DNA of 61,295 nt, counting the filler, from Dugesia japonica (taxonomy: Eukaryota), in assembly GCA_001938525.1 (NCBI GenBank). It is 5 parts of 5 records of this genome, joined end to end, with 100 filler letters (N's around TTAATTAATTAA, not from the genome) between each part and the next. Parts side by side here need not be neighbours in the genome. Positions count along the whole stretch, not along the records: positions 36,578 to 51,460 come from MQRL01614453.1; positions 51,561 to 61,295 come from MQRL01583341.1; 3 more parts are not named here. The stretch is one strand, 5' to 3'. Under the pieces are notes generated by a model, which was not told the origin of the DNA, did no database searches, and was given only the letters and a program-made list of their open reading frames with translations. Within the stretch, counting starts at the first letter, position 1, and each line of letters opens with the position of its first letter. Made by a program: the position numbers and the translations under genes. Shown here one piece after another: positions 50,401-61,295 of the stretch.

Positions 50401-51139
50401 AAAGAAACCTATATTGATTTATGATTTCATAAATATTAAAACTGTTATTATTTTGATTTATTGAAGTTATTTGACAAATTCAATCCTTATCCAATGCGAT
50501 GAGTATAAAATAATTTATACGAAAAAAATATTTAACCCAAAATGAAGTTTGAATATAAAATCTCAAAACAAAATGCTTGATATGAATATTTAAATTTGTA
50601 CTAAAACATGTAATGGAAATTAGTAAATTGATCAAATATAAATAAATGTATAATATATTTACATGTTTCTTTTCATTGTTTGTGAAAAAAGTGTAAGAAG
50701 TTCCTTTCTTTTCTTGTCTTGCAGTTCTTCCAATTCTGTGTACATAATCTTCTATTTGGGTAGGAAAATCGTAATTAATCACCAACATTATATCATCAAT
50801 ATCTATAAAATTTATAAGAAAATAAATAAAAGTTTCAATTATAGCTCTCTTAAATAACACTGTTCATTGAAAATTCAAACTAAAAAATAAAAAATGATTT
50901 GGGCAAATCTATTAATAAATATTAAACTTAATCAAATAATATCCACAATTATTCATGGTTAATGTTCCAATAAAATTGCGAATTTATTTGTAAAAACTTT
51001 CTTTAAAACTCTTAAGAACAGCATCATATTAAGAGAGCAAAGACGAATTAAAAACATTTTCAAGATAGATATTAAATACCTAATCCTCTTGAAGCGACAT
51101 CAGTTGCAACCATAATATTTGATCTACCATTTCTGAAAT
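47431..51139 (-). CDS. DDX5: DEAD-box RNA helicase DDX5/DDX17 (p68/Dbp2)-like, last 4 exons
   Basis: Phase-consistent exons 51139-51080 ([19 protein letters not shown]), 50802-50663 ([27 protein letters not shown]), 47948-47843 ([10 protein letters not shown]) and 47801-47431 (N/Y/S-rich tail to stop). DDX5 versus DDX17 cannot be resolved. Confidence 0.88.
48199..49017 (+). mobile_element. Internally deleted Tc1/mariner-superfamily element (maT/DD37D-like)
   Basis: Imperfect TIRs CAGGGTGTCGCACATTTAGTGTTA / TAACACTAAATATGAGATACCAAG with TA flanks, and transposase traces (RNP...RKM.REL; [15 protein letters not shown]). Confidence 0.75.
50211..50380. mobile_element. Family A fold-back repeat, truncated before the ribozyme
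   Basis: Arms TTCATTTTAAATAAAAGCTTCGATCAAA / TTTGATCGAAGCTTTTATTTTAAATGAA, plus the shared 3' tail. Confidence 0.7.
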
Positions 51140-51460
51140 CTACATAAAGTCAAGTAACCTTTATAATAATTTTATCTTCACTTTTGCTAGCTTCTCTTAA
51201 AAATTACTGGAATCTTTCTAATTAAAAAATAACGAAACAAAATTCTAATGCTTAATCTAGTGACACCATAGGATTTCAGAAGAAATGTTTAAAGTTTTTT
51301 CAAAGATTTAATACATTTAAATTGTCACTTCTACAATAGCCGTACTTTTGTAACTAAATTGTTAAATTTATAAAAAATGTATTCAAAATATTTGTGTTTT
51401 GAAAGTTTAACCACGGTCGTTAAAGTGAAAGCAATTTAAATTTTCTGTTTTGATTTGAAA

Positions 51461-51560
51461 NNNNNNNNNNNNNNNNNNNNNNNNNNNNNNNNNNNNNNNN
51501 NNNNTTAATTAATTAANNNNNNNNNNNNNNNNNNNNNNNNNNNNNNNNNNNNNNNNNNNN
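51461..51560. other. Artificial contig linker
   Basis: 44 N + TTAATTAATTAA + 44 N. Confidence 0.95.
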
Positions 51561-51800
51561 AGTCGAAAGATAAAACGGCCTTTTCAACAAAGTCAGGTCA
51601 ATACTGCTTTAATAGAATGCCGTTTGGTATAGCTGCAGCGCCTGGGACATTCCAGGAACTCATGACAAAGGTTTTAGGTACAGCAAATGGAACAACGGTG
51701 TATTTAGATGATATTCTAATATATTCAGAAAACTTGGAAGAGCATTACAAAACACTGGATGAAGTATTTAGTAAAATACATCAAGCAGGACTACGTTTGA
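51561..51800 (+). mobile_element. Ty3/gypsy reverse transcriptase fragment
   Basis: KTAFST..YCFNRMPFGIAAAPGTFQ..VYLDDILIYS..H...L..AGLRL. Confidence 0.92.
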
Positions 51801-54234
51801 GTGAGAATGATATTTGAATTGTTTAATTTCAAATTTATATGCGCAATTAAAATATTTAAGTTTTTGAAATTTAAAATATTTCAAGAAAATTATTAAAATA
51901 ATTATTGTACATTTGTTTGCATATTAAAACTATTCTAATTCAGTTTTTCAATTCATAGAAACTTTGTCATAAATAAATGTAGGATGAAGATAGTGTTTTT
52001 CTTGCTAATAAGCGCCGTGTTTTTAAATTATGTCTTGTTCAATATGACCTTTTAATGTTCGGTACCAAGTACAGACGAGCACTTTGGATGTGAAGGAAGG
52101 GATGTTGGGTTTTTAGTGCAGTACAATACGAATTTTGTGCATGACGAGCACGAAATTTCAAAATGTATTGGAATAAAAGAGTTGTGGATATCCAATAAAA
52201 ATTGAAAATAGAATGCTTAGCACAATTAGAATGAAATATGTAGAATAATATTTTATTAATTTTTAATATTAGTGAACATTCATGTATTATATATCATATT
52301 TTCATACCTCTACTGTTGAACTCCTTGTATTTTGGACCCTCTATGTGCACATACAAATTAGCTTCTCTAATCCAATCATGCTTGAGAATATAATTTTTAG
52401 CCGATATCACAAGGCATTGGTTTTACTATTTTTAGTTTTTTAATATAGNGCTTGCACACGTTGAATCTATTTTCAATTTTATCTGAAAATCCTTTTTTAC
52501 GGGCCCTTTTTATAATTATATTGTTTTGTGGGCTATTTATAAATTAATGCATACATACGCATTTAGTCAAGACATCTCCCTTCTCTACGAAAAATCTATA
52601 GATCTCTTATCATGCCCCCTCATTGCTTACGTAATATATAGATAGCCCCTTATTTTAACTTAACATTTCGTGGGAGAAGCTTGAAACATATCTCACTTTA
52701 CGGCTTTTCGCTATAATATCCTACTTTAATTATGCATTTTTTTGATTTACGGCCCAAAATGTTTCATTACATATTTTACTGCGTTTTATCTAGGTCATAT
52801 AGTAAGGTATGGGTGTAATCCTATTAACAATGAAATTATTAATCTTATTAAATCTTAAATAATTTTACAGAGTTTTGTATATAATTTAATATGTAAATAT
52901 AATAATTTAATCATTTTAACAAATATTTTGTGCTTCTGAGGTAAACTGTACATGTTTGAATGAAAAGTTAAAGTCGAAGATTGACCTGTTGATTGTCTCA
53001 TTATAAAAGCATCGTAATTTTGATTTGTTGAAGCATTTCTTGTAATCTTTTGAGTGCTAAAGACACTATCGTTAATCTTGTCTTTTAATAGTTATCTAAC
53101 ATTCACACCAATTTGTTTGCTTTTGGAAATTATACTTCAATGCTGTAGTTTATATCTAGGGCAACCCAAATACTATAAATGATAGAAAATGCTAGTTTTA
53201 ATTTTTTTTCTAAAAAATGCTAGAATTTTTTGCTATTTTTGGGTTTCTTTACTACTTTAATATAAATTATATCTAACTCAGAAATCATTTTTATACTTCG
53301 CGAACGATATTTGACTACTATTCTTTGAAAATCTTTTATTCTTTTTCAAAGCAGGCTTAAATAATTTTAATGACTAATTTATTAATTAATTGTAATTTTT
53401 TATAATTATTGTATTTTTAAGTTAAGAAAAAAAATAATATTATGTATTAAAATAATGAAAATTTCATGGTTAATTTTTTACAACTGAAAGTATTAAGAAA
53501 TTTTTCAAAACTGCAAAATCCAAGGTAAAAAATGTTTATTTAGAAAAAGAAATTTTAATAACTTATCTTCAAAAATACTACATAGAATATCCTCAAAAAA
53601 AATTTTTCAAAAAATCTTATTAATTATAATTGCCAGTTAATCTGAAACTTAAGTTAATTACAATTTTTAATAAGTGGTATTTGAATTGTCATTTGATTTT
53701 TGAAAATTTTGTTATTAATTTTCAATTGTAGTATAAAATAATTTAAATTAAAATCAGAAAAATCTGTAATTATTATTAAAAATATTGAAAAAGAAGTTTA
53801 CCAATACACTAAAGAAACATTTACGGAATATTAAGAGTTTTTCAATTTATAATTTTTGCCAATTCCTCAGAATCAGCAAATTACCGAATTATTTTAGTTT
53901 ATCAAATCAATTGTTTGAGCTAAAATCCTATTATTTAGGTATGCTTCAATGTTGAAAAATATTTTACTTCAGGGCCACCCTCTTTTTTTTCTTTTAATTA
54001 ACTCAAAATAAAGTTAAAAAATAATATTGCATTGATTTTCATTTATTTTTGGTGTTTAATTATGTCTGTCAATCTTGAATCACCTGTGAACCATGGAGCC
54101 TGGAACAAATCTACTGTGAATCATACGTGATTCACACAGCACTCAGCGTGTTTACCCTTAAATACATAGTGTAGCATATATCCTAAATGGCTTTTAAAAA
54201 TTAATTCAGCGCATTTAATGGGAGTTACCTAAAC

Positions 54235-55162
54235 CAATGTTTTTCAAACTTTAGAAGCCGTGGACCTCACGGCATGTGATGGTTTTATGACGGACCCCCT
54301 ACCCATAAACCAAGCCATAAAAATTCATGTGTGAAATTGGATGATGTGTACTAAAATGACTAAAAACAGTCAATTCCCGACAAAGACAAAGTTGAAATAT
54401 TGAATTAATCTCAAAAAAACAAATTTTGATCGAAGCTTTTATTTTACAATGACTAATGTCAATAAATTATTCTTAAATTATTCTGCTCATAAATATGAAA
54501 TTTGTTTTAGATAAGATAGAAAATATATTAACATCAGTAATTAAAACTTATTAAAACCGAAATAAATCATTGATAAGTGTGAAGCATGTCCCTGCTTAGT
54601 GCTGCAAAGTTTGTCCAAACATGGTAATGTTTGACAGACATACGCGAATATCGGCTTTTATATTCAGTCTTGGTCTATATTTTGTTTTTATGACAGTAAC
54701 AATAGAAAAAGCTTATTTGCACAAGTAAGTTGTGACAAATGGTAACAGGACATTGACGGTTTTTTCTGACAATAGTGAATATTCCTGAGAACATTCAATC
54801 CAGAATGACAACAGCGATTTTCTGTTGAACTGCGTGCAAATTGTTCTATCAAATGATAGATAAACCATTTCTTCGTGTTCCCAATTAAATAAGTTTAATT
54901 AAATAATCCGAATCCAATCAAACTTATTTATGTCATCGTCTTCGAAATATTTATGTTAACATTAAATATTGTATTATAACTATCACTATTATTACTAATT
55001 CTAAAAAACAAACAAAAAATTGTTCCTATATTTATTTTATTTTGTGATGTTACCTATTATTTCAATGCAGTGCTTTTTGTAATTTCTCTTTAAAAAATCG
55101 AAAAATAATTTTTTTTTTCGCAGACCCCCAGAGGTCCGTGCACCACAGCTTGAAAAACACTG
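54235..55162 (-). mobile_element. Non-autonomous hAT (Charlie-like) element
   Basis: TIRs CAATGTTTTTCAA / TTGAAAAACACTG and target duplication ACCTAAAC / ACCTAAAA. Minus-strand transposase trace PFVTTYLCK*AFS. Contains a decayed family A fragment at 54368-54446. Confidence 0.85.
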
Positions 55163-58097
55163 ACCTAAAATTGACGTTATAGGAAATTTACAACATATAT
55201 ACAATGTGTATTTCTAGTATTCCACGAATAGATGACAATTATATGAACTTTTGGTAAAATTAGATGATGCCAGTAAAGGAAATCCGCAATTTATTTTTTT
55301 AAAGTAAAGGAAAAAATCATGCATTTAAGGGTTAATTTGAAATACTAGGACATATAAATACTATAATTACATGGTATCTGCTTATCTATCCTGGCTTTTA
55401 GGGGTATTTTTTCCTTACCAGATATCCGCAAGAATTTTATCGAGTCTCATATTTCTCGATTTTACGGAAAGGACTGGTGACTCTAGATTTAAAGTGCATG
55501 TCCGTTCTCTTTGGTTTGGGTTCTCTAGTTAATACTTTACGAAAATAAGTAACTTGCTATTTTCAGTACCAAGCATTGACTCTTCTATTCCCTCACTAAA
55601 GTGGTATTCTTAATATCACCTGTTAATAGTGGTTACTGGAAGAGACGACATTAATACTTATGGATTTTAGGCAATTAACGTACAATGACGACCGTTTAAA
55701 GTCCATAATCATAGTAATTATTTTACTAACAGTAGTGTTAAAATGAAGATGCATTTAAATTATTGCTATTATATTAGAAAAATCAATTGTACATGGATTT
55801 GAGCATAATAAAAATATAATAATCTCCTTCATATGAAACCTCCAAATAATATTAGAAAACATTTTTAATTTATTCTGTAGTTCAATGTATTATTTAAATA
55901 AGAAACTTTATATCTAGTTATTTAATTTCGCTTTTCATTATTTTTGTATTATTCTGTTATTTGTAAATCGTAAATAAATATGAATTAGAATTGCTCTCCA
56001 AAGCATAATTGAAATGTCATTTAATAATTGATATACATTTAGATCAAATGTTTTGGATGCAAACTGGCCATTGATTCGGACGACAAGTATTTACAAGTTG
56101 GAACAAATAACTATCATGTTGAATGTTTTAAGAGATAATATTTTTATTTTGACATGTGAAATTTTGGTATTTCAACATTTGATTAATGTGTGATCATACT
56201 TATTTCATATAATTATGTAGCGTCTTTCTCGTATTAATATCAAAGTTCACGAAATTTTTTTACTTATCAATTTCATTATATACTGAAGTGGTTTGTGTTA
56301 ACTGATTCATTCATGATATTATATGATTAAGCAGTTATGTAATATAACATCAAACTGGATTCTGATTGGATTACCAATAACTTTTTAAAATTCGTTTGCA
56401 TCGTAAAATCAAACTGGAGGATTATAAAAATTAGAACCAACTCATATTTTTATTGGAATAAATTCTTTAATTTAATTCTTTCTATAGTTTATTTTTGAAG
56501 AAAAATTGTATAAAATCTGACTTGATTTTGTTTTTGAAAAAATATATGTCTCATAATAAGTGCAAATAAGAATTTTTCTTGATTATTAATTGTTCGCTTA
56601 TTCATATTTCATTTGTACATAACTTTAAATAACAGTCACGAGATGAATTCGGTTGATAAATATTTATCAAATTTAACTTAAAAATAATTTTGAATTCATT
56701 ACAAAGGCTGTAAATAGAATGATGTTTATTTTCATTGGTATAGTTCGATAGTTAATTTAATGCAATTTAAAAATTTAGTCATTTAATGTATCGAATTCAA
56801 TAAAACAAATAATGCTTCTACGTGTCAGATATAAAAGTTATCTTAGAGTTGAGCTCTAGGAATATATTCTACTTATAGTGATTAATTGATACGAGAATTT
56901 ACATAGAATTACGTTTATCGTCTTTGAAAATATGTCCTTATTAATAGCAAATTTGTCACTTGAGTTCTTTTCTAAATAGTGAAGCCATTAATTTCATAAT
57001 TGAATCATAAATCCATAATGGGTGAACTCTGTATATTCTTTCATATAATGATCATAAAAATGTTGGGTTTGGTGGCTTGGATGAACATAAGGATATTCAT
57101 AGAAGTTCAACACAAATTTAACCAGAAGCATACAAAAAAATTCTTTCCTGCTGAAAATGTTAGAAGATGGACTTGTTTTAATGATTTTGAGATGAGCTCG
57201 ATGCTTTTCAAATTTGTTTAAGTATTTTTTTTTACAAAAAAACAAAATATAAAGAATAAAAATGAAAATGTTATTTAAATAATATCAATAAACATTGCAT
57301 TTGGTTTTATTATTATTGTGTATTTGAATAAATTTTAATATTGATTTATTTAGTTGTTCTTATTTAAATATTCTATCGTCCACGAATGTTTCACATAACA
57401 CTTATTGTATTTACAAATCACATCTGTTTATTGGTATTACTTCTCGGTTCAAATTATTTATGAACTTAAATCTTTCAAGAAACAGTCAAATATTTTTCTG
57501 CTAGTGTCAAATGAGGTTATCGAGGTCGTGTATGTAGATATTAATCGATTCTACAATGTTTCTTCATCATTTTTTAGGGAATACATGATGGTTATTATTA
57601 TTATCATTATTAGATAAATTTTGAAATGATAATTTATTTTCAAAATCAGAACGATTACTTGTAGACATTGTTCTATATAAGAACATTTCCGCTCAAAAAA
57701 AATATTTGCCGCGCTCAGAATACAGTCATTTTACTATATGATTTAAGTTTTTTTTCTAAAAATACATTTCCCAATTAAAATCAGTCTTATAAATTATAAT
57801 TATCAAAAATAGTAAGTTACTAGCCATAAAACCTGTATAATTCACTATTACAATAATCAAAGGCATAATAATGACATTGTATGCTTTATATTAAAGTTCT
57901 TTGGTTTGAATAAAGTTATTTTATTGTCTGGTCTATATATAATGTCAATAAATAGAAAGTTATAAGCGCCCAAAGTTTCCCAAACTTTAAAAAAGTTGCC
58001 CAAGTAACATTTATTCTGCGCGTTGCCATAAAAAAGTAGAGGGAACATTGCTTGTAGACATATTTTATTGCACTATTAACACATATAGGCTCTAGAA

Positions 58098-59005
58098 CAG
58101 TGTTTCTCAACATGGGGCCCACGCCCTACTGAGGGACAATATGAATTTTTAGGAGGGCAATTTGAAAAAATAAAATATCTTAGAGACCACACCTTCACGC
58201 TAAATGATTTGCTTAAAAAAAGAAATAGGTTATATTTTACAAAACGAAGCGATTTGAGAATTAAATTAACTAAAATTGAACCTGACATAAAATCTTTATG
58301 TAATAATCACCAATCGCAAGGTTCGCATTAAATTTTCAATTCTAAACTTGTTTTTTTTTAAATTTTAATTTTAAAATTTTATTTAATACAACAATGATAA
58401 TTTTCTAGTGATTAGTAAATCTTTAAAATTCTATTTGTTAAAATAAATACCTATATATTTAACTAATTTCTTATTGCACATGGTGTATATTAGTTAAATT
58501 TAAAGTCTCACAAGTCTCCATAAATTGTTTATTGATTATTACAAGTCTTTTCTTAAAAANNNNNNNNNNNNNNNNNNNNNNNNNNNNNNNNNNNNNNNNN
58601 NNNNNNNNNNNNNNNNNNNNNNNNNNNNNNNNNNNNNNNNNNNNNNNNNNNNNNNNNNNNNNNNNNNNNNNNNNNNNNNNNNNNNNNNNNNNNNNNNNNN
58701 NNNNNNNNNNNNNNNNNNNNNNNNNNNNNNNNNNNNNNNNNNNNNNNNNNNNNTATTTATTTATTTTTCAACCTTATAATTTTTAAAATTTTATATTTTA
58801 AAAATTTCAAAAAAACAATCTTAATATAAAATATAAAAATTAAAAAATCTCAGACATCCGAAATTCATGAATCGATACTCACAGTGTACATTTTATTTAA
58901 TTACCAAAAACATCATATTTATTTTTTTTCAAATAATTATAGGGGGCATGAAGGTTTTAAAAGGATTTTTTTGGGACATAACGACGAAAAGGTGGAGAAA
59001 CAGTG
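58098..59005 (+). mobile_element. Non-autonomous hAT (Charlie-like) element
   Basis: TIRs CAGTGTTTCTCAAC / GTGGAGAAACAGTG, a perfect 8-bp TSD CTCTAGAA, and the transposase C-terminus LRIKLTKIEPDIKSLC..QSQGSH*. Confidence 0.88.
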
Positions 59006-59533
59006 CTCTAGAAGAAGTTGGGCCATTGACCCCGAAATTTGAGGGCTTCAAAATTTCATTTGAATATCATTTTGAAAAAAAATATTAAATTTTTTAAAAT
59101 TTATGCTGAATGTTTTTTCCAATTGTATTTTAAGCTAACGTATTTTTTTCTTATACTAAAATGATATAAGATTAAAAATTCCTCATGTATGACCGCTAAA
59201 CCGTCACGAAAATCTATGAAAATGGGGAAATTGTTAATTTCTATAAAAATGTTCGTTTTCACAGGAATTTTAAGATATGAATTAAAAATTTTCGACGTGA
59301 ACAAAGTTGGATAACCCTTAATCCATTTTTGGAACACTTTTTCAAAATTTTTCCTTTCAATAACTGCAACTTCTAAATAAAATACAGTTGTTAAAATAAT
59401 AAGATCATATCATTGTAAACTTCAGGTTGAAGCTAATAAACTCAGTTGGTCTTGGGCATGTGTTTATTTCCTAAATCACAGAGTGTTCACGATATTTATC
59501 AAAACAAATTTGATTAAAACTTGTTCTTTGATC

Positions 59534-61295
59534 TTTGTGAGTGTGTTTAGAAAAGCGAATTAAAATTTTTGTGTGATTGGTGATCATATTTTTAAAATCT
59601 TTTGTTTAAAAGAAAGATTTAAAGTATTGATGAAAAATTTAAATAAATAAATAAATTGTTTTGAAATAAAGTAAATTAAATTAATTTTAAATAAATTAAG
59701 TTTCAGTGTTCAAAATTCAAAAATGATGATTGTGCTGAGGTACAGTTGTACACAGCATGCACAACACGCAAACATAAAACACAGCATTCAAATATTAATC
59801 CTCGATCAGTTCAAGTCAATTAATCCTCACAATCAGTTCAAGTCAATTAGTCCTCACAAATACAATTAGATCATTCAAATATTAATCTTCAATCAGTTCA
59901 AGTCAATCATCCAATCTCAGCAGATCCCTAGGATGTCAATCCAGCATTCATATTGCAATTTGTTTTATTTAATTATCTGACTTCAATCCTTTTGTGACAT
60001 TGTTTATTTTAATTATTTGACTTGATTATTTTATATTTATTTTGTACAAATTTTAATAAAATTTAAAAAAATTAAAAATTACAGTTTTCGATTTTGAAAA
60101 TTGATCACCAATAAAACACATGATTTTAATTTGTTTGATTAAACAAATAGTGTTAAGCATAGTTTTTATTTTAAAAAATTTATGGAGTTGAATTTTGATG
60201 TTGTTAATGCTATGAGTTCTCAAAACTCATCTAACAATCTTTATTTTACATATCCATAGTGAAATATTATTTCAGATATATCCTGGGTAAGTATTCTTCA
60301 CTTCTAAATGCAGTGTTAATTTAATTTTTGTATTTTTGAATTGCGGCGGATATTGTGTTAATATAAATGTTGACCTGAAACAAAGCAAGGAAAATATATC
60401 TAAACTGAACAAAATGAGTAAAGGAGAAATATAAAACAAAGAATTAAATGAGTAAATAATCGACTAAATAAACAATAAACAAGGAAATGCATAAACAGAT
60501 CAATAATTTATAAAATTAAAAAATAAATACAATTACAGAGTTAAAAGTGTGATAATAAAAAGAATGAGAAGGAAAGATAAAAGAAAATAATGTCGGATTA
60601 AAACAAAACGAGAATTTAATAAAATAATAAATTAGGAATAAGAAACAAAGAAAACAAGAGCGTGAATTCGGTTAATTACAGTGAATAATAAATTAAAAAG
60701 AATGGGCTGAATAATAAACAGAAAAAATGAACTGAATAAATCACGAATAATAAAATTGACAAGAAATAGCAAATAAAAGTTTGAAAAAAAGACGCTGAAG
60801 TGAAAACTGTAGACTGAATATTTAACGGAAAAAATTACTATGTATAATTTTTTTTATAATATATGAATGTTATAAAAGTAGTAATATATTAAAATGATAA
60901 ATTTAAGAAAAGGATATTAAAATTATGAAAATATATATTAAAATCATTTGGAAATATTATAGAAAAAATAATGATGTTGAAAGAAATTTAAATAATTAAT
61001 ATTAGTTTGAGATAATCTAAAATTACAAGAAAAAATGTGGTTGCATAAATTAAATTAAAATCAGAATATTGGTAAAATAGAAATATATTATTATTACGAA
61101 AACATAAAATTATTATTAATGGAAAATTGAAATATTGTAGTTATTATTATTGTTAACACTTTTAATCTTAGGTATTATTAAATAAAAATCGGTATTATTA
61201 TTAATTTTAAATTATCTTCAATATCATTTGTGAGTGTGTTTAGAAAAGCGAGTTAAATTTTTGTGTGATTGGTGATCATATTTTTAAAAATCTTT
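59534..61295 (+). repeat. Direct repeat pair of at least 69 bp (59534-59602 and 61227-61295)
   Basis: TTTGTGAGTGTGTTTAGAAAAGCGA.TTAAA.TTTTGTGTGATTGGTGATCATATTTTTAAAA is present twice. The second copy runs off the window end. Confidence 0.8.
59785..59910. repeat. Short imperfect tandem repeat
   Basis: Three copies of ATCAGTTCAAGTCAAT interleaved with CATTCAAATATTAATC / TAATCCTCAC. Confidence 0.7.

Noticed and set aside
819-51139. Apparent sensory/ciliary cluster (rootletin, otopetrin, Cav1, helicase)
   Set aside because: The genes lie on different contigs separated by synthetic linkers, so no linkage can be inferred.
54368-54410. Further hammerhead in a family A fragment
   Set aside because: The core is mutated (CCGACAA instead of CTGACGA), so it is counted only as a decayed repeat copy.

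Overview
Very AT-rich animal genomic DNA with many 41-50 nt GT-AG introns and (ATT)n repeats; a planarian/triclad flatworm is my inference, not a result. The window is not contiguous. Four identical 100-nt linkers (44 N + TTAATTAATTAA + 44 N) join five contigs. Contig 1 (1-9326) has five rootletin/CROCC-like exons. Contig 2 (9427-24097) has an intronless divergent otopetrin and a decayed Polinton/Maverick (pPolB, capsid) interrupted by a piggyBac. Contig 3 (24198-36477) has 11 exons of an L-type Cav1 alpha1 subunit (domain IV and proximal C-tail). Contig 4 (36578-51460) has a Gag-like remnant with three zinc knuckles, a BTF3 gene fragment, two related cassettes of orphan coiled-coil ORFs, and the 3' exons of a DDX5/17-like helicase. 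Contig 5 (51561-61295) is gypsy RT and hAT debris. The most notable signal outside the ORF track is a set of minimal type I hammerhead-ribozyme motifs from at least two Penelope-like repeat families. These include a back-to-back pair in a fold-back element inside a rootletin intron, and two sense-strand copies about 3.85 kb apart in one Cav1 intron.
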